A stretch of 64,000 bases of DNA from an uncultured Methanosarcinales archaeon. Its GTDB lineage: Archaea > Nanobdellota > Nanobdellia > Woesearchaeales > JABIAG01. The DNA is taken from contig CAZLQZ010000006.1 of NCBI GenBank assembly GCA_964561995.1, positions 8,789-72,788 of the forward strand, read 5' to 3'. The position numbers and the translations under genes were made by a program. The notes beneath the pieces were generated by a model that was not told the DNA's origin, did no database searches, and saw only the letters and a program-made list of their open reading frames with translations. Positions 56,328-64,000 of the stretch are shown here, piece after piece; positions within the stretch are counted from its first letter, which is position 1, and every line of letters starts with the position of its first letter.

Positions 56328-57398
56328 CTATATTTCATCCAAAAATGATTCTACTTCGTGTCTTTCAAATTGGGATAGATGTGTTTTGAAAGGTTCTTTT
56401 GTTTTTGGATTAAGTAATTGGCAGTTAAACATTTCAACAACATCATAAACAAAATTATTTTCCATGAGTTTTACTGCTAATTTTTTATCTGAAACAACTT
56501 CCCCTAACATTTTTTTAAATTTTTGTTCAAAAAGTTGAAATAAAAAGTCTCTTTTCTCTTGATTATTTAAGTTTGTATAGTCATTTTGATTACAATATCC
56601 AAATCTTCTAATTAATTCTAAAGCAACATTAGTCTCTACTATGTTTCTTGAATAATGTTCTTCAACGTAAATTAATGCTCCTATTTTATCTTTTATTATA
56701 ACTCGCATTCTTTTTTTATCGCTTATTTGTAATGCTTTTGTATGATATAATCCAAATAGATGTCCAACAAAATCTCTTTTTTCTGGTTCATTAAGGTTAT
56801 CAAAATTATGAGAATTACAAAATCTATGTTTTATCATTGACGTAATTATTTTATCGAGTGACTTACCTTTATAATAATCTCTTTCTAATAATTGAATTGC
56901 ATCAAGTGAATTATCATCCTCTTGTCGATAAGCTTCTGCTATGTTTATCCAATCTTCGATTTCTTTTGGATCTTCATCTACTTGATTTGGTTCATATTCA
57001 TCTAAATTTTCAAAATAATTTGGTTCAGATTCATAATGAGGTATATAATTTTGTTTAAAAACTTCACCAGTCCATTCATAAAAACTGGGCCAATAATAAT
57101 CTTCGTCCATATATTCATCATTATACGCATTTACCCAGTACAAAACTTCTGTATCGTCTTGGGTTGTAACGAAATGACCTGAACTTTCACCTTCAAAAGC
57201 TTTTTTGCCATCTGATTTCGCGTCTCTAAGATATTTTTGTCTTGTTTCTTCCCAAGTCTCTTCGTGTTTTACTATTTCATCTAATCTTACTTTTACTGTT
57301 CCGTCAGTATATTGGGTACATTTAACAATATCAAAACCTAATTTAGCTTGTTCTAGTTTAAGATTATTATATTTAGAAGCTTGAATAACTATATACAT
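56328..57398 (-). CDS. Acidic hypothetical protein with an internal ~90-aa duplication
   Basis: IKHRFCNSHNFDNLNEPEKRDFVGHLFGLY... repeats as IRRFGYCNQNDYTNLNNQEKRDFLFQLFEQKF... Confidence 0.45.
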   Translation of the reverse strand: MYIVIQASKYNNLKLEQAKLGFDIVKCTQYTDGTVKVRLDEIVKHEETWEETRQKYLRDAKSDGKKAFEGESSGHFVTTQDDTEVLYWVNAYNDEYMDEDYYWPSFYEWTGEVFKQNYIPHYESEPNYFENLDEYEPNQVDEDPKEIEDWINIAEAYRQEDDNSLDAIQLLERDYYKGKSLDKIITSMIKHRFCNSHNFDNLNEPEKRDFVGHLFGLYHTKALQISDKKRMRVIIKDKIGALIYVEEHYSRNIVETNVALELIRRFGYCNQNDYTNLNNQEKRDFLFQLFEQKFKKMLGEVVSDKKLAVKLMENNFVYDVVEMFNCQLLNPKTKEPFKTHLSQFERHEVESFLDEI

Positions 57399-57414
57399 TA
57401 AAAAAGAGAATTAT

Positions 57415-57578
57415 TATTTCTTTTTATGCTTTGTTGTTTTCTTTTTCTTATCCTTAATACATTTACAACAAATATTACCTTTACATGCTGTTATTCCAAA
57501 TACTGGGTGTGCAATAAATCTGTATCTCCATCCACTTAGTGGTACTCCACAATCTTTACATTTATTAATTTTTAACAT
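57415..57578 (-). pseudogene. Small zinc-ribbon ORF interrupted by a frame change
   Basis: ATG at 57578 gives MLKINKCKDCGVP then TAA. The -1 frame continues LSGWRYRFIAHPVFGITACKGNICCKCIKDKKKKTTKHKKK to the stop at 57415-57417. Joined, they give a CxxC...CCxC protein. Confidence 0.3.
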
Positions 57579-57579
57579 T

Positions 57580-58920
57580 TTATATCTGCCTAAATTTTTC
57601 TTCTTTTCCTATGGTATTTTTTACAATATTCATAATTTCGTGAACTTTTTGAATGCTTGTAGCTTCAATTCTTAATCTGATTAAATTTTCTGTATTTGAT
57701 TTACGAATATTAAACCATCCTTCCTTATCACTAATTGTAATTCCATCAAGATAATTTTTTTTACCCTTTAGTTTTTTAAATCTTTTCATTAATGTGTCTT
57801 TATCTTCAACTTCATAATTTATTTCATCAGAAGTAAAATATTTTTCAAAAGGTTTTATCAAGTTTGATATTTTTTCTTTTTTATGTGATAAAATATTTAA
57901 AATTTTTATTGCAGTAAGTAATCCTGAATCAGTATAAAAGTTATCTTTAAAATAATAATGTCCGGACAATTCTCCTCCTAATACTGCATTTTTTTGTCTC
58001 ATCATTCTTGTTAAGTTTGAATGGCCAACTTTACTTCGAATTAAAGTCACACCTTTTTCATTACAAACTTCTTCTAGGATTTTACTCATTCTTAAATCAA
58101 CAACAACTTTATCGCCTTTTTCTGCTAATTCTTTTATTAATAAAGCCATAATGTAGTCACTTTTTATTGGATTTCCTTTTTCATCAATAAATACTGCTCT
58201 ATCAACATCTCCATCAAATCCAATTCCTAGATCTACTTTGGAATTTTTAACTCTCTTAATTAAAGTTTTGATGTTCTCTTTTAAAATTGGGTTTGGTGTG
58301 TGATTTGGAAACGAACCGTCAGGTTTAAAATACATATTTTTAATTGATAAATATTTTTTTAAAAAACTGAATTTCACTCCTCCCATTCCATTGCCAGCGT
58401 CTACAATCACCTTTAATTTTTTTAATCCTTCAAGGTGTTCTTCTAAGAACATTTGATAATCATCGTCTATATTAAATTCAATTAGTTTTCCTTTTTTATT
58501 ATTAATTTTAATTCTTTTTTTTATTTTCTTTTCAATTTTTTTTATTTTATCATAAGTTAAAGGAATTGCTTTTTCTTTTACAAATTTAAATCCATTAAAT
58601 TCTTTTTCATTATGTGAAGCAGTGACCATTATACCGCCTTTAAATCCATAATAAGCACATGCAAAATAAAACATTGGTGACGAACATAAACCAATATTAT
58701 AAACGTCAATACCTCTTAATCTTAAACCATCAGTTAAGGCATCAAAAAGATTTTTTGATGTTGTTCTCATATCGTATCCTACTATAACTTTTTTAGAATT
58801 AACCACTTCTGGAAAAAAATTACCAATTTTTTTTGCTAACCACTCATTAATTTGTTCAGGATAAATGCCTCTGACATCATATGCTCTAAAGACACTTTCT
58901 TGCATGCTTTTTTTAATCAT
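57580..58920 (-). CDS. Phosphomannomutase/phosphoglucomutase (alpha-D-phosphohexomutase family)
   Basis: TASHNEKEFNGFK (active-site Ser loop), GFDGDVDR (metal loop), GGELSGH (sugar loop). Confidence 0.9.
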   Translation of the reverse strand: MIKKSMQESVFRAYDVRGIYPEQINEWLAKKIGNFFPEVVNSKKVIVGYDMRTTSKNLFDALTDGLRLRGIDVYNIGLCSSPMFYFACAYYGFKGGIMVTASHNEKEFNGFKFVKEKAIPLTYDKIKKIEKKIKKRIKINNKKGKLIEFNIDDDYQMFLEEHLEGLKKLKVIVDAGNGMGGVKFSFLKKYLSIKNMYFKPDGSFPNHTPNPILKENIKTLIKRVKNSKVDLGIGFDGDVDRAVFIDEKGNPIKSDYIMALLIKELAEKGDKVVVDLRMSKILEEVCNEKGVTLIRSKVGHSNLTRMMRQKNAVLGGELSGHYYFKDNFYTDSGLLTAIKILNILSHKKEKISNLIKPFEKYFTSDEINYEVEDKDTLMKRFKKLKGKKNYLDGITISDKEGWFNIRKSNTENLIRLRIEATSIQKVHEIMNIVKNTIGKEEKFRQI

Positions 58921-59016
58921 AATTTGTATAATATGTATTTTCTTTTATAAATATGTATTATTACTTTATAATGGTCATAAATTCTTATATAGTACTTTTA
59001 AATATTAAATTTAACA

Positions 59017-59406
59017 ATGAAAAATAAAAAATCTAAAAAATTAAAATTAGACAAAAGATTTGGTCATTATTCTTTTGCAATAGGGGTGTTAATAGCAGTA
59101 ATTTTAGGTCTAGCAGGTTCTGTAGGATTTAGCGATACAACAAAGCAAGGATTATTTTCATTATTAGTATTACTTGGTATTGTAATAGGATTATTAAATA
59201 TTACAGGCAAGGAAACTAAAGAATTTGTATTGTCTGCAGGAGTATTAGTAATAATTTCATTATTGGCATTAAATTTAAAAGTATTTCATGATGTACTTTA
59301 TGTTGGAAGTGTTTTAGTTGATTTGTTAAGAGCAATTATTTCATTTACCTTTCCAGCCGTTATTATAGTGTCAGTAAAGAATATCTGGAGACTTGCTAAA
59401 ACATAA
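59017..59406 (+). CDS. Four-TM membrane protein
   Basis: Four hydrophobic helices after a lysine-rich N-terminus. Confidence 0.4.
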   Translation: MKNKKSKKLKLDKRFGHYSFAIGVLIAVILGLAGSVGFSDTTKQGLFSLLVLLGIVIGLLNITGKETKEFVLSAGVLVIISLLALNLKVFHDVLYVGSVLVDLLRAIISFTFPAVIIVSVKNIWRLAKT

Positions 59407-59458
59407 TTTTTTTTATTTTTTAAATTAAAATTATTAAATCGATATATTTAAATAAAAG

Positions 59459-59677
59459 ATGGCCAATGAAGTAAATATGAAAAATCATTTAATTCATCAT
59501 TATATGTTAACCATCTCTGCTTGCATTGTTGCATTTATAGGATTATTAATTATGAAAAGTTTTACAGGTTATACTGTTATGGATTCTACTGATTGTCCAA
59601 TGTGTAGTAAAATAACTTTGGCAATTGTTCTAGTATTAGGAATGATAGTATTTTTTGAGAGGACACACCATGAATAA
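59459..59677 (+). CDS. Small two-TM membrane protein
   Basis: 72 aa, two hydrophobic helices, CPMC motif between them; overlaps the pilin start by 8 nt. Confidence 0.35.
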   Translation: MANEVNMKNHLIHHYMLTISACIVAFIGLLIMKSFTGYTVMDSTDCPMCSKITLAIVLVLGMIVFFERTHHE

Positions 59678-60110
59678 AAAAGGAGTTTCACCATTGATTG
59701 CAACTATTTTTCTTATTGCAGTTTCAGTTGCACTTGGTTCAATAGTTATGAGTTTAGGACAAGATTATGTTTCACAGGCTTCACCAGATTCTCCTTCTTG
59801 TGACGTGGTAACTTTTAATGTTAAAAATATTAATTATTTTTCTTCAACAAATTCAATTAGTATTGCGATTGATAATGGTGATCAAAATATTGATGGTTTT
59901 TTAATTAAATTATTTAATCAAGATTATTCTCAAGGTAGTGTGGTTACACTGGCTGAAAAAATTGATGCTCATGGTGTGAAGATTTTAAGTTTTAATTCTG
60001 AAACTTCGGACGTTTATGAGATAAAAATAATTCCCATTTCAAGTGATAATGTTTGTAATACAGCTTCAAAGGAAGTGACAAGAAATTCTCCATTGTTTAA
60101 AGTTCAATAA
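59670..60110 (+). CDS. Archaeal type IV pilin-like protein (class III signal peptide, DUF361-type N-terminus)
   Basis: MNKKGVSPLIATIFLIAVSVALGSIVMSL from the ATG at 59670, with GAGAGG upstream. Confidence 0.8.
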   Translation: MNKKGVSPLIATIFLIAVSVALGSIVMSLGQDYVSQASPDSPSCDVVTFNVKNINYFSSTNSISIAIDNGDQNIDGFLIKLFNQDYSQGSVVTLAEKIDAHGVKILSFNSETSDVYEIKIIPISSDNVCNTASKEVTRNSPLFKVQ

Positions 60111-60252
60111 TTTTTTTATAAAATCTAAATTTTCTTCTTTTTTTTATTAAATGTCTTAATATGTACAATTATTACTTACAAAATGATGAAAAATAGTCGA
60201 AAAATTATTAATAGATAGTAAACTTTAAATTCTTGCTATTTATTGATACATT

Positions 60253-61026
60253 ATGAGACTTGTTTTAGACTTAAAAAAATCGATGGATCAAAATGCTTCA
60301 GTTTATTATGAAAAGTCCAAAAAAGCTAAAAGAAAATTAAAAGGAGCATCTGAAACCATAGAAAAAACTCAAAAAGAACTAAATAAATTACTAAAAACGC
60401 ATGAAGTGGCAGAAAAAAACAGAGTTGTTAAGGTCGATAGAAAAAAAGAATGGTTTGAAAAGTTTAGATGGTTTTATACTTCTAATGGTTTGCTAGTTAT
60501 TGGTGGAAGAGATGCTACTACTAATGAAATTGTAATAAAAAAACATACTGATAAAGAAGATATTGTATTTCACACTGACATGGCAGGAAGTCCATTTTTT
60601 GTATTAAAAACTGAAGGGAAAAAAGTTGATCAAAAAATTCTAAAAGAAGTGGCAGATGCTACTTGTACTTTTTCTCGTGCTTGGAAATTGGGCATACAAT
60701 CGCAAGATGTTTTTTATGTTAATCCCGAACAAGTTTCTAAAAAACAAGAATCTGGCACAACTCATCTAGCTAAGGGTGCATTTATGATTTATGGTAAAAC
60801 TAATTATATGGAAAATAAAGTTAATGCTTGTGTTGGAATGAAAGATGGCATGATTATGTGTGGTCCTTGTGAATCTGTAAAAAAACATTGTAAAGAAATT
60901 ATTCAAGTTATTCAAGGTAAAGAGAAAGCTTCTGTTGTTGCAAAGAAAATCAAAGCTAAGTTGGGTGGGGAGTTGGATGAAATAATTAGAGTATTGCCTT
61001 CTGGAAGTTTTGAGATTAAGAAATAG
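60253..61026 (+). CDS. NFACT-R/DUF814 domain protein (Rqc2/NEMF C-terminal-like)
   Basis: FEKFRWFYTSNGLLVIGGRDATTNEIVIKKH...DIVFHTDMAGSPFFVLK. Confidence 0.6.
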   Translation: MRLVLDLKKSMDQNASVYYEKSKKAKRKLKGASETIEKTQKELNKLLKTHEVAEKNRVVKVDRKKEWFEKFRWFYTSNGLLVIGGRDATTNEIVIKKHTDKEDIVFHTDMAGSPFFVLKTEGKKVDQKILKEVADATCTFSRAWKLGIQSQDVFYVNPEQVSKKQESGTTHLAKGAFMIYGKTNYMENKVNACVGMKDGMIMCGPCESVKKHCKEIIQVIQGKEKASVVAKKIKAKLGGELDEIIRVLPSGSFEIKK

Positions 61027-61031
61027 GTAAT

Positions 61032-62546
61032 TTAAGAAATATATAATTCTTTATCCAAATTTGTTAAAAATACATCAAAGTATTCAATGTTTCTTTGACG
61101 TTGTTCTGGTGTAGTATTCCAAGTTTCTAATTTTAATTCTATTTCTGAAATGTATGTTTTATCATTATGACTCAAAGTAATTTTTAATAAATCATTTTCA
61201 TATTGAAATTCTGTTAGTTCTTTTTTTATTCTTTTTACATTTCCTGGTCTCCACTTTTCATCCATCCATCCTCTATTTAATCCTAGTTCAATTTCTGTTT
61301 TAGCAACTGCTTGAATAATTTTATCTGAATCATAATTATTTCTTTTTAAGTGTAAAACTAAATATCTTTCAAATCTATAGTTTATATGAAAAGATTGACT
61401 TTTATAAAAATTAGGTTCTTCATCATTTTGCCATGTTTCATAAATATTTGATAATCCTGTTCTAATATCGGCTACAAATTTAGTGTGAACTTTTTCTACT
61501 TGTTTTGATACTTTTGAAATTAAATAATTTTTCTTTCTTTTTGTACTATTATGGCTTATGAAGTTACTTAATATTGTCATAGCTTCACTGTATAAGTTTT
61601 CCAGCACATTATTTTCATTATGAGCATAATTAAAACCTGTGTCTGTTACTGCTCTTTGTAAATCTGGAAAATTAAATAGTTTAGGTTGTTTTCCTTTTAA
61701 TAAACAATATCCATCATGTCTTAATCTTTCTATAAAAGGCATCCAGCTAATTCTCATTCTTGAACCTTCAAAATCAAATTTTTTGTTAAATTCAACGTAA
61801 GATAAATCTCTTTCTGGGTGTGAATATCGAGAGCTATATAAAATCCCTAATTGTTGTAATTTATCTTCGTTATCTTCAAATCCTGCAAAATGTTTTTTTT
61901 TGCTTGCTTCACAATTTTTTATTGGGACCTTATTAACAACGCAAATTGGATGAATTTGGTCTTTTTGAATTCCCTTAGATAATAAGTATTTTTTTATTGC
62001 CGCATATTGTCTTAAACCAATTTCAATTGTATTTTTTTCAGGTGTTACAATTACTAATGGAAATAATTCTACGTCTTTCATTGCTTCAATTATTGGCATT
62101 ATAGAATGGTCTAAAATTAATCCTGGATGCGGAATCGGTGGCAAGTCAACACCAATTATATCAACATTTTTCATGTCTTGGGTTACAATGTTTTGTAATT
62201 TTGTTTTTGTTTTTGGATTTTCATAAATCATTCCAACTGGAAAAACCGCAGTAGGAGCAAAGGCTGGTTGAATTTTAATTTTCATTCTTTTTGATCCTTT
62301 TGCAAAGCCAAAATCAGCACCCGGGTGCAATTCAACAATTCTTGTTTCTAAATCTTCATAAAAATCCTTATTTTGATTTCCAAAAGAATCTTTGTTAGTA
62401 ATTGTACCAAACATTGTTGCTTGATGATCTGTATCAATTATTCCTATATTATAATTGATGCTCAAAACTGTCATTAAATCAACAAGTAAAGAAGTTTTTC
62501 CTACTCCTCCTTTATTATTAACTGGAAATATTAATGATTTTTTCAT
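61032..62546 (-). CDS. ParA/MinD-like P-loop ATPase fused to a ~280-aa uncharacterised C-terminal region
   Basis: Deviant Walker A NNKGGVGKTS directly after MKKSLIFPV (ATG at 62546), then IIDTDHQ and VDLPP. The C-terminal half has no motif I recognise. Confidence 0.6.
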   Translation of the reverse strand: MKKSLIFPVNNKGGVGKTSLLVDLMTVLSINYNIGIIDTDHQATMFGTITNKDSFGNQNKDFYEDLETRIVELHPGADFGFAKGSKRMKIKIQPAFAPTAVFPVGMIYENPKTKTKLQNIVTQDMKNVDIIGVDLPPIPHPGLILDHSIMPIIEAMKDVELFPLVIVTPEKNTIEIGLRQYAAIKKYLLSKGIQKDQIHPICVVNKVPIKNCEASKKKHFAGFEDNEDKLQQLGILYSSRYSHPERDLSYVEFNKKFDFEGSRMRISWMPFIERLRHDGYCLLKGKQPKLFNFPDLQRAVTDTGFNYAHNENNVLENLYSEAMTILSNFISHNSTKRKKNYLISKVSKQVEKVHTKFVADIRTGLSNIYETWQNDEEPNFYKSQSFHINYRFERYLVLHLKRNNYDSDKIIQAVAKTEIELGLNRGWMDEKWRPGNVKRIKKELTEFQYENDLLKITLSHNDKTYISEIELKLETWNTTPEQRQRNIEYFDVFLTNLDKELYIS

Positions 62547-62643
62547 AGAAAATAATAATTTACTGATTATTATAAAGTTAAGCATAAAAATAACAAAATA
62601 TATAAACCATTAATTCTGTAAAAATATACAAAGAGGTGTATGA

Positions 62644-64000
62644 ATGTTAGAAGCAAGTGTATTATTTTTAGATTTAACAATAATTTTTGTAACGATTGCT
62701 ATTTTATCATTCATTGCTAAGTTTTTCAAACAGCCATTAATTCCAGTTTATATCATTGCAGGAATTATTTTAGTTCCATTAACACATTCACTTCATAATG
62801 GTGGACTTGTTTCTTCAATTTCACAATTTGGAATTGTATTCTTATTATTTATTGCAGGTTTAGAATTAGATTTTGAAAGATTAAAACACGTTGGGGCAGT
62901 TTCTACCATGGGTGGAACAATCATAGTTGTTTTGCTCTTTTTAATTGGTTTAGGAGTTTCATCGTTAATTGGTTTTACTGGATTAAGCTCAGTCTATATG
63001 GGTTTAGTTTTTGCTTTTTCTTCAACTATGGTTGTTGTTAAATTATTGTCTGATGATAATGAACTGGATTCATTGCATGGTAAGATTGCATTAGGTTTAC
63101 TTATAGTTCAAGACGTCTTTGCAATACTTGCATTTATTTTATTAACTTCAATAGGTAATTTTTCAATAATTAATTTATTGACTTTAATTGGGTCTGTTTT
63201 GGCAATTATTGTTGGAGTATTTTTAGTTTCGAAATATATTCTTCCAAAATTATTTGCTTTTGCAGCAGAATCTCAAGAAGTTTTATTTATTGCATCGATT
63301 GCAATTTGTTTATTAATTGCTTCTTTGTTTGGACAATTTCTTAATCCTGAGGCATTAGGTATTGGAGCTTTTATTGCTGGTTTGGCTTTAGCGAATTTAC
63401 CTTACAATATAGAAATAATTTCAAGGATATCTCCATTAAAAGATTTTTTTTCTATGTTATTTTTCTTATCAATTGGAATGTTGCTTCCATTATCAGACGT
63501 TCCTGCAGTTATCGTTCCATCAATAATATTTGTTTTAATGATATTAATTATTAAGCCTGTACTAAATTATATAATTATAAGTGTGTTTGGTTATATGCCT
63601 AGAGTTGCTTTTTTAACAGCTGTAACTCAATCACAAGTTTCAGAATTTGGATTAATTTTAGTTTTTTTTGGAATTGCAACAGGTCAAATTTCTAATAGTT
63701 TATTTGCTTCTGTGGTTGTAATTGCCATTTTATCACTAACTTGTTCATCTTACATGTTTGAGCACAAAGATTTTTTGTTTAATAAATTAAATAAACTGCT
63801 TTGCAAAATTGGTTATGGTGAAGATCAATCTAAGACTTTGAGATTTCTTCCTAAGAAGTTTAAAAAGAAATTTATTTTATTAGTTGGTTATGACAGGTTG
63901 GGATATACTATTTTAGAAACGTTAAAGAAAATGAGAGAAATAGTTGTTGTTGTAGATTTCAATCCTGCAGTAATAAAAAAATTAATGGATGAAAAAATTA
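62644..64000 (+). CDS. CPA2-family (Kef-type) cation/H+ antiporter with C-terminal TrkA-N (RCK) domain, truncated by the window edge
   Basis: My translation from the ATG at 62644 (AAGAGGTG upstream): MLEASVLFLDLTIIFVTIAILSFIAKFFKQPLIPVYIIAGIIL... Many TM helices follow, then LLVGYDRLGYTILETLKK...VVVVDFNP (Rossmann). The ORF is open at 64000 and absent from the track. Confidence 0.75.
   Translation, partial: MLEASVLFLDLTIIFVTIAILSFIAKFFKQPLIPVYIIAGIILVPLTHSLHNGGLVSSISQFGIVFLLFIAGLELDFERLKHVGAVSTMGGTIIVVLLFLIGLGVSSLIGFTGLSSVYMGLVFAFSSTMVVVKLLSDDNELDSLHGKIALGLLIVQDVFAILAFILLTSIGNFSIINLLTLIGSVLAIIVGVFLVSKYILPKLFAFAAESQEVLFIASIAICLLIASLFGQFLNPEALGIGAFIAGLALANLPYNIEIISRISPLKDFFSMLFFLSIGMLLPLSDVPAVIVPSIIFVLMILIIKPVLNYIIISVFGYMPRVAFLTAVTQSQVSEFGLILVFFGIATGQISNSLFASVVVIAILSLTCSSYMFEHKDFLFNKLNKLLCKIGYGEDQSKTLRFLPKKFKKKFILLVGYDRLGYTILETLKKMREIVVVVDFNPAVIKKLMDEKI

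Noticed and set aside
4806-57058. About 30 short ORFs in the supplied track lie antisense to or nested within longer genes. Examples: 4806-4991, 9214-9426, 9719-9901, 12674-12901, 16084-16272, 16368-16631, 17310-17549, 18096-18344, 18454-18693, 18666-19034, 20781-21032, 26689-27066. Further examples: 33276-33524, 34902-35186, 35890-36168, 37423-37635, 38123-38356, 39411-39623, 43686-43895, 44139-44342, 46067-46267, 46331-46648. Also 48238-48501, 48464-48880, 49235-49795, 50982-51293, 51318-51638, 56251-56448 and 56858-57058.
   Set aside because: Each overlaps a longer ORF with clear family motifs or better coding character. Their translations are low-complexity, Leu/Phe/Ser-rich shadow frames typical of AT-rich genomes.
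57535-57545. Programmed -1 ribosomal frameshifting at the split zinc-ribbon ORF.
   Set aside because: There is no X-XXY-YYZ slippery heptamer and no obvious downstream stimulatory structure. An indel or assembly error is the simpler explanation.
13325-62585. Long N-terminal extensions in several track ORFs: 13031-13384, 21399-21935, 23287-23847, 42311-43018, 52219-52917, 59655-60110, 61032-62585, 284-1135 and 1213-2082.
   Set aside because: The extensions overlap upstream genes, start at non-ATG codons or translate to hydrophobic AT-rich read-through. Internal ATGs restore sensible N-termini (Walker A, class III signal peptide, conserved promoter spacing), so those starts were used.
1-64000. 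I looked for CRISPR arrays, rRNA genes, transposases, integrases, long terminal inverted repeats and prophage or plasmid modules.
   Set aside because: I saw no regularly spaced direct repeats and no recognisable recombinase motifs in any translated ORF. The only long GC-rich stretch typical of stable RNAs is the single tRNA.

Overview
AT-rich (about 30% GC by eye), densely coding 64-kb chromosomal segment of a small-genome archaeon; a DPANN-type lineage is my inference. Archaeal markers on the same contiguous sequence: ribosomal proteins S8e, L37e (missing from the ORF track) and L44e, an Sm-like protein, GatD, a GINS-like protein, an EndoQ-like PHP nuclease, archaeal-type UMP kinase, a class-III-signal pilin, a Methanococcales-type S-layer protein and one tRNA-Leu(UAG). 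Many genes have a TATA-like box 21-30 nt upstream of the ATG, which fits leaderless archaeal mRNAs. Mixed in is an unusually large set of bacterial-type genes: a grpE-ykgJ-dnaK / dnaJ cluster, Maf, signal peptidase II with lipobox proteins, PduL, a MoxR-DUF58-VWA (Bat-like) operon and a ParA-like fusion. The headline is three tandem, diverged, primary-like (RpoD-type) sigma-70 paralogs at 284-3024. Each sits behind the same 17-nt TATA-plus-TTGAC motif at identical spacing from its ATG, directly downstream of two winged-helix regulators. What a sigma factor does in an archaeal transcription system is open. Other items: a structured intergenic element and duplicated dnaK 3-prime fragment between dnaK and dnaJ, a palindromic operator candidate at the grpE promoter, an S-layer protein that looks like a small domain split by a roughly 600-aa insertion (with the uninterrupted small paralog next door), two ORFs with apparent frame disruptions, and several translationally coupled orphan operons. 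I found no CRISPR array, rRNA, transposase or integrase. All family calls rest on motifs read by eye in the translations; no searches were run.
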